IMG/VR virus record: IMGVR_UViG_3300024259_002152
Location: 62,001-126,000 of that record
DNA length: 64,000 nt
Strand: one strand, 5' to 3'
Position 1 is the stretch's first letter. Each line of letters starts with the position of its first letter. The notes beneath the pieces are model-generated. The model ran no database searches and was not told the origin of the DNA. It worked only from the letters and a program-made list of their open reading frames with translations. Position numbers and translations under genes: made by a program. Below are positions 49,651-54,541 of the stretch, in pieces.

Positions 49651-50165
49651 CAGAAGAATTAAAAAAAGAAATAGAAGAAATAATAAGAATTGAGAATCTT
49701 AGTTGTTCTGTAGAAGAATTTATTATAGAGGCAAATGATCCTATTTATAGAATTCCCATAGAAGAAGTTCCTTCTATGGAGGGGAAGAAAAGGGTGTGTA
49801 TAAAAACTACTCTGTGGAGTAGAATTTGTCAACATTGTAGTTTATCAGAAGATTTGATGAGAGAATTTATTGAATTACTTCATTGGCCTGGTGTATCTTG
49901 TCATCAAAAATTATCAATAGAATTTGTTAGAGAGTTTAAACACAAAATTCATTGGTATTGGCATACTCATAGAACAGATTTGTCTTATGATTTTATTTTA
50001 GAATTTGAAAAATATTTAGATTGGGAATATTTGATGAAAAAGAAATATTATATATCTGATAATCAAGGTTTTTTTAATGGTGATTTAGATTTTTCTTTAG
50101 AAGAATATAAAAGATTTAAAGAAGAAAATAAAATTCATAGTAGATTTGGTATTTTGGACTTATGA
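49647..50165 (+). CDS. Divergent tryptophan-repeat protein (3 repeats) with tag (SRFGILDL)
   Basis: WSRICQHCSLSEDLMREF, WPGVSCHQKLSIEFVREF, WYWHTHRTDLSYDFILEF. Confidence 0.75.
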   Translation: MTEELKKEIEEIIRIENLSCSVEEFIIEANDPIYRIPIEEVPSMEGKKRVCIKTTLWSRICQHCSLSEDLMREFIELLHWPGVSCHQKLSIEFVREFKHKIHWYWHTHRTDLSYDFILEFEKYLDWEYLMKKKYYISDNQGFFNGDLDFSLEEYKRFKEENKIHSRFGILDL

Positions 50166-50189
50166 AGAAATGGTTGAAGGAAAGAGGTT

Positions 50190-51605
50190 ATGAAATACAA
50201 TAATAAAGATTTTGTTCACTTTCACACACATTCGGAATTTAGTCAGTTTGACGGTTTGGCCAAGGTAGATGATCTTGTTCTTCAAGCTCGAAAGATGGGA
50301 TTTCCATCATTAGCACTTACGGACCATGGATCGGTTATGGGCTGGGTTAAATTTCTCCAGGCAGCAAGAGCTACTAAGGACAAAAAAGGGAAAGATATTC
50401 CTTACGCTCCTATTAAACCTATCCTTGGTTGTGAATTTTATCTGGCTCGAAAAATGAGTATAGGTCAAAATGAGGAGAAAAGAGATACTGATCTTATAAA
50501 AAAATGGCAGCCCGATGGGAGAAGAGGAAATAGACATTTGAATCTCTATGCTATGAATTTTGAAGGATATAAGAATGTATGTCGTATGTCCCAAAGGTCT
50601 TTTACCGAGGGTTTTTATTATGATGCACGTATCGATATTGATTTAATATCAAAACACTCTAAAGGAGTAATGTGTGGTTCAGCATGTCTATCTAGCGTTA
50701 TTAACGCTAATTTAATGTATGGTCGTTACAACCAAGCTAAACAGGTTTGTGGTGTTTTGAATGAGATATTTGATGGTAATTTTTTTCTAGAAATAATGTA
50801 TCATGGGATTAGGGAAGAAAGAGAAATTATTCCTTTAATCTTAAAATTATCATCAGAATTAGATATTCCTGTAGTTGCTACGAATGATTCTCACTACATT
50901 TATAAGGATCAAGGAGAATCTCAAGAAGTCCTATTGTGTATGTCTCAGCAAAGATGTGTTAAAGATCCAAAGAGATTAAAATTTGGTCATATGGAGTTCT
51001 ATCTAAAAAGTGCAGAAGAAATGGGCAGGATGTTTGGGCATATCCCTCATAGTTTGACTAATTCTGTTGCTCTTGCGGAGAGAATTAATACTAAAGATAT
51101 AGAAGATAACCTTTTTGGGGGCATGAGACTGCCAAAGTTCGATATACCTGAAAAGTATAAAAGTCCTTATGATTATTTATCTGATTTAGCATGGCAAGGC
51201 ATGAAAAGAATAGGTTGGGATCAGAGTAAAGAGCATGTTGAAGCACTAAAAAAAGAGTTAGAAGATGTTCTGGTCGCTCAAGAAAATAATAATTATGATT
51301 TCTCAACTTATTTTCTAATTGTTCGTGATTACATTCTTGACGCAAAGGAAAAGGGTGTTTTGGTGGGTTGCGGTAGAGGGAGTGGTTATGCTAGTGTGCT
51401 ATTAAGATGTATTGAAATTACTTATGGAGTTGATCCATTAAAATATGGACTTCTTTGGGAAAGGTTTTTAGGATTTGATTCTAAGAAGTTTATTAAAGAG
51501 TCAGATTTCGGCTTTGAAGAAGATTTGGTGCAGGCGGCGGCAGATAAAGATTTAGGAGGAGATAGAGAGTTAGAAGATGATTTGGGAGGGGTAGATAGAT
51601 ATTAA
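50190..51605 (+). CDS. dnaE: DNA polymerase III alpha, N-terminal fragment (PHP domain to ERFL)
   Basis: FVHFHTHSEFSQFDG, LTDHG, PILGCEFY, ATNDSHY, YFLIVRDYI, VGCGRGS, DPLKYGLLWERFL, then an acidic tail and stop. Confidence 0.93.
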   Translation: MKYNNKDFVHFHTHSEFSQFDGLAKVDDLVLQARKMGFPSLALTDHGSVMGWVKFLQAARATKDKKGKDIPYAPIKPILGCEFYLARKMSIGQNEEKRDTDLIKKWQPDGRRGNRHLNLYAMNFEGYKNVCRMSQRSFTEGFYYDARIDIDLISKHSKGVMCGSACLSSVINANLMYGRYNQAKQVCGVLNEIFDGNFFLEIMYHGIREEREIIPLILKLSSELDIPVVATNDSHYIYKDQGESQEVLLCMSQQRCVKDPKRLKFGHMEFYLKSAEEMGRMFGHIPHSLTNSVALAERINTKDIEDNLFGGMRLPKFDIPEKYKSPYDYLSDLAWQGMKRIGWDQSKEHVEALKKELEDVLVAQENNNYDFSTYFLIVRDYILDAKEKGVLVGCGRGSGYASVLLRCIEITYGVDPLKYGLLWERFLGFDSKKFIKESDFGFEEDLVQAAADKDLGGDRELEDDLGGVDRY

Positions 51606-51619
51606 AGATTGGAAAAATA

Positions 51620-51880
51620 ATGACAGACAAAAAAGAAAAATTTAATATAGGGTGGGGAGACAGACGGGTAGGAGTTATTGGAAAAGATGGAGAAATGATA
51701 GGCAATTTTGTTGTTTTTGACCCCAAAACAAGAATGTTGAAATCTGTTGATGAAAAAGGAGAAGTAGTAAATTTAATTATGGATGCCGATTGTAGGACAT
51801 GGATTCCAGAAGAAATAGAGAAAAAAGAAACAGAAGAGGATATAGGGATAGAGAATCGTTCAGATATTTTGGATATTTGA
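51620..51880 (+). CDS. Hypothetical protein with tag (IENRSDILDI)
   Basis: 86 aa. Confidence 0.7.
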   Translation: MTDKKEKFNIGWGDRRVGVIGKDGEMIGNFVVFDPKTRMLKSVDEKGEVVNLIMDADCRTWIPEEIEKKETEEDIGIENRSDILDI

Positions 51881-51997
51881 AGAAAGTAGATAGATATTAG
51901 TGCAGAGAAGAAAGAGATAATATATCTAAACTTTAGTAATGAATGTTCTATTTGGAAGATTAGTTCTATCATTAACAAAAGGGATGTGAAACATTTT

Positions 51998-52153
51998 ATG
52001 ATAGATGATAATAAATGTTTTGTTATAGGGTGTCTTGGTGTTAATGAAGAAGCATATGTAGGAGAATATGTGTTTTTCAGAGATTTTAATCATTGTCTGA
52101 GGTTTAAAAAAATAGAAGCAATTCATGATAGATTTGAGATAATGGACTTATAG
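51998..52153 (+). CDS. Small ORF missed by the track, with tag (MIDDNKCF...IHDRFEIMDL); frame is open back to 51890
   Basis: Hand translation: 51 aa from ATG 51998; no stop between 51890 and TAG 52151-53. Confidence 0.65.
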   Translation: MIDDNKCFVIGCLGVNEEAYVGEYVFFRDFNHCLRFKKIEAIHDRFEIMDL

Positions 52154-52162
52154 GAGAAAAAA

Positions 52163-52687
52163 ATGAAGAGATCGTGTCATATTTGCAAACATGGTGTTAT
52201 AGTTGAATATAAATATGAAGATGATTATGACGAGGACTATATTTTTAAAGGATCGGTTATATTTTGTATTGCAAATCCTCCTCTTTTTGTAGGGGATGAT
52301 GATCATCGTTTTGGGAATGATCTTCAGATCGTAGAAGGAGAAAAGGAGATAAAGGAATATTGTTATTATCCTGTTGTTTATAGAAATGATAATGAGAATA
52401 TAGAAGAAGATGATGAAGATGATGAATATTATGGTAATGGAGAGATAAGTGTTGCTCCTTGTTCTCTTTATTGTGAATCGGCCACTAATAAAACTAAATA
52501 TACGAAGAAATTGGAGAAAATAGAAAAAGAAAAGCAAGAGCAAATAAAAAAAGCAGAAACTAAGAAGAAAGCAGAAGCCAAGAAAAAAGCCGATAAGTTA
52601 CAACGTAAAAAAAATAATAAAAAACGGAAACTAAAAGAGCAAGAAGAAATGAAATTAAAAAACAGATTTGAAATATTGGATATATGA
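52163..52687 (+). CDS. Cys-containing protein with Lys-rich coiled coil and tag (NRFEILDI)
   Basis: CHIC..., KKAE repeats; AGGAG RBS overlaps the preceding stop. Confidence 0.7.
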   Translation: MKRSCHICKHGVIVEYKYEDDYDEDYIFKGSVIFCIANPPLFVGDDDHRFGNDLQIVEGEKEIKEYCYYPVVYRNDNENIEEDDEDDEYYGNGEISVAPCSLYCESATNKTKYTKKLEKIEKEKQEQIKKAETKKKAEAKKKADKLQRKKNNKKRKLKEQEEMKLKNRFEILDI

Positions 52688-53010
52688 AATACAAAGTAGG
52701 AGATAAAGTAAGGATTAAGATATGGGAAGACATGTTAATAGAGTTGTGTAATTATTGGGAGACTCTAGAACAGGCAAGAAACCGTCTTGAGGATCAACAT
52801 ATCTGTCTTGAAAAGGAACTTAACAAGGTAAATGTTGATAGGATTTTGACTATTGAAAGTATAGAAAAACGTGAAGGTTATTATTGTTATCGTACAAAGG
52901 AGAAAGGTTGGGAATGGACTGAGGATATGATAGAAGGGATAGTAGAAGACGTGATAGAGGACCGAATTGAGGATAGAATAGAAAGTAGATTTGAGATATT
53001 GGATATATGA
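52684..53010 (+). CDS. KOW/SH3-like small protein with tag (IEDRIEDRIESRFEILDI)
   Basis: Paralog of 30506 and 53671. Confidence 0.75.
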   Translation: MKYKVGDKVRIKIWEDMLIELCNYWETLEQARNRLEDQHICLEKELNKVNVDRILTIESIEKREGYYCYRTKEKGWEWTEDMIEGIVEDVIEDRIEDRIESRFEILDI

Positions 53011-53402
53011 AATTTATAGAAGTAATAGATTATAATAAGTCATATCCTCAAGGTATTTTTGTAAAAATTCCTATCAAAGATATAAAGAAATTTCATAAGG
53101 TTGAAAAATATACTAGATATTATATAGATTTAGATGATTCAGAACGTTTGTTAAAACGTAAGTATAAAGAACACCTTGGTAATCACATGTTTATCGAGAA
53201 ATCTGAAAATGGTCAATATTATAGTGCTGGGATTATGATTAATCATAAAACACAGATACAATGCCAATCGTCATGTGGTGGTAGTATATATTTTTATTTT
53301 TCAGATTTGGATTATGAAGAATTTGAGGGAGAAGCTCGGTTGTATGATTTGTCGTTACATATTGCCGATATTAATTATAGATTTGAGATATTGGATATAT
53401 AA
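53007..53402 (+). CDS. Hypothetical protein with tag (DINYRFEILDI)
   Basis: 131 aa; ATGA overlap. Confidence 0.7.
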   Translation: MKFIEVIDYNKSYPQGIFVKIPIKDIKKFHKVEKYTRYYIDLDDSERLLKRKYKEHLGNHMFIEKSENGQYYSAGIMINHKTQIQCQSSCGGSIYFYFSDLDYEEFEGEARLYDLSLHIADINYRFEILDI

Positions 53403-53404
53403 AA

Positions 53405-53671
53405 GTGACAGATAAAGAATTTTTACAGATGGTGAGAAATTCATTTGCTCAGGTTCGTAATAAGGGTAATTTGCCTACTGGTCCTGAGCTAATTGAATCA
53501 TTATTATCAGTTCAACCTATGACTGATGAATTAGTTGCAGAGGGATATACTAATGAATTAATAAAATTAGGAAGTTCTAATTTGCAGCGTAAAAAAGTTA
53601 TTATTACAGCATATATGGATATTAATTATAGATTTGAAATATTGGATATACAAAAACAGGAGATAAAGTAA
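53405..53671 (+). CDS. Hypothetical protein; tag extended by QKQEIK
   Basis: GTG start; ...RFEILDI then CAA where sister copies have TAA/TGA/TAG. Confidence 0.65.
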   Translation: MTDKEFLQMVRNSFAQVRNKGNLPTGPELIESLLSVQPMTDELVAEGYTNELIKLGSSNLQRKKVIITAYMDINYRFEILDIQKQEIK

Positions 53672-53940
53672 TGAAATATAAAACAGGAGATAAAGTAAGG
53701 ATAAAGACAAAGGGTCAGATGGAGAAAGAATTTGGCTATTATGACGAAGAAAGCAAATTCATAAATTGTGATCAACATTTTTCTTCTATTATGGAAGAGG
53801 CACTGAATCGGCTAGATAGTGATAGAATTCTTACTATTAATCATTTAGAATATTTTCAAAATGTTAATTATTATTACATGAGGGAAATAGAGGGATTTTG
53901 GACTGATGATATGATAGATGAGTTAGTAAATGATAAATAG
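53671..53940 (+). CDS. KOW/SH3-like small protein; tag lies just downstream in the +1 frame (possible frameshift)
   Basis: MKYKTGDKVRIK...; 53930-53962 reads MINRFEILDI* in the +1 frame. Confidence 0.7.
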   Translation: MKYKTGDKVRIKTKGQMEKEFGYYDEESKFINCDQHFSSIMEEALNRLDSDRILTINHLEYFQNVNYYYMREIEGFWTDDMIDELVNDK

Positions 53941-53971
53941 ATTTGAGATATTGGATATATAGGAATAAAAG

Positions 53972-54505
53972 ATGAGTGAAGTAAGTAAATTATCAGAAGA
54001 AGATCTTAAAAAAATAGCGGATATGATGGTTGATCAGGCAGTAGTGCCGTCTCCTAAAGCAATTATTAAAATAGAAAATGAGACTGTTCCTGAAACTGAT
54101 ACAATTAAAAGATATAAAAGGTCTAATAAACAATTACGGACAAAAGTAGAAAGACAGATTAGCGAAATAGCCAAACAGGAAGCAGAGATAAAAGAGTTGC
54201 AGGTAAGTGCTTATCTTAATACGGATGAGGCTAAAGATACGATCAATAAAAAATTAAGAGAAGAAAAACAAGCATTAAAGCTAAAAATGGAAGAGCAGGG
54301 ATTAAATTTTGAAAAAGAGCGCAAAGAAATAATAGAGACAAGAAGTAAGATTTATGAGTTAGAACGAACAATAGGGAGTAATAAGAAAGAGATTGAGGGG
54401 CTAAGAACAGAAGTGGATCAATTAATGAATGATAATAGAGAACTTCAAGCAGAGATAGATGCTAGAATTAAAGCAGATGGTAGATTTAATATAATGGATT
54501 TATAA
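53972..54505 (+). CDS. Coiled-coil protein with tag (GRFNIMDL)
   Basis: 177 aa, heptad-rich. Confidence 0.75.
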   Translation: MSEVSKLSEEDLKKIADMMVDQAVVPSPKAIIKIENETVPETDTIKRYKRSNKQLRTKVERQISEIAKQEAEIKELQVSAYLNTDEAKDTINKKLREEKQALKLKMEEQGLNFEKERKEIIETRSKIYELERTIGSNKKEIEGLRTEVDQLMNDNRELQAEIDARIKADGRFNIMDL

Positions 54506-54506
54506 T

Positions 54507-54541
54507 TTGCAAAGTGAAAGTTTTGAAAATATATTTAGAGA
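54507..54541 (+). promoter_or_regulatory. Putative promoter (copy 6) for DnaE C-fragment, ATG at predicted +1
   Basis: TTGCAAAGTGAAA at 54507, 17-nt spacer, TATATT at 54530-35, ATG at 54542. Confidence 0.7.

Larger units (their letters stand above)
32878..54505 (+). other. Dispersed family of 17 C-terminal R-F-E-I-L-D-[L/I]-stop motifs
   Basis: Copies end at 32901, 44422, 47203, 47445, 48108, 48815, 49162, 49650, 50165, 51880, 52153, 52687, 53010, 53402, 53650 (no stop), 53962 (out of frame), 54505. Confidence 0.95.

Noticed and set aside
52661-53962. Repeated AGATTTGAGATATTGGATATA as a CRISPR array
   Set aside because: Spacing is roughly 250-400 bp of coding sequence, the repeats are in-frame gene ends with synonymous variation, and there is no cas1/cas2; the Cas4-like gene is a stand-alone phage nuclease type.
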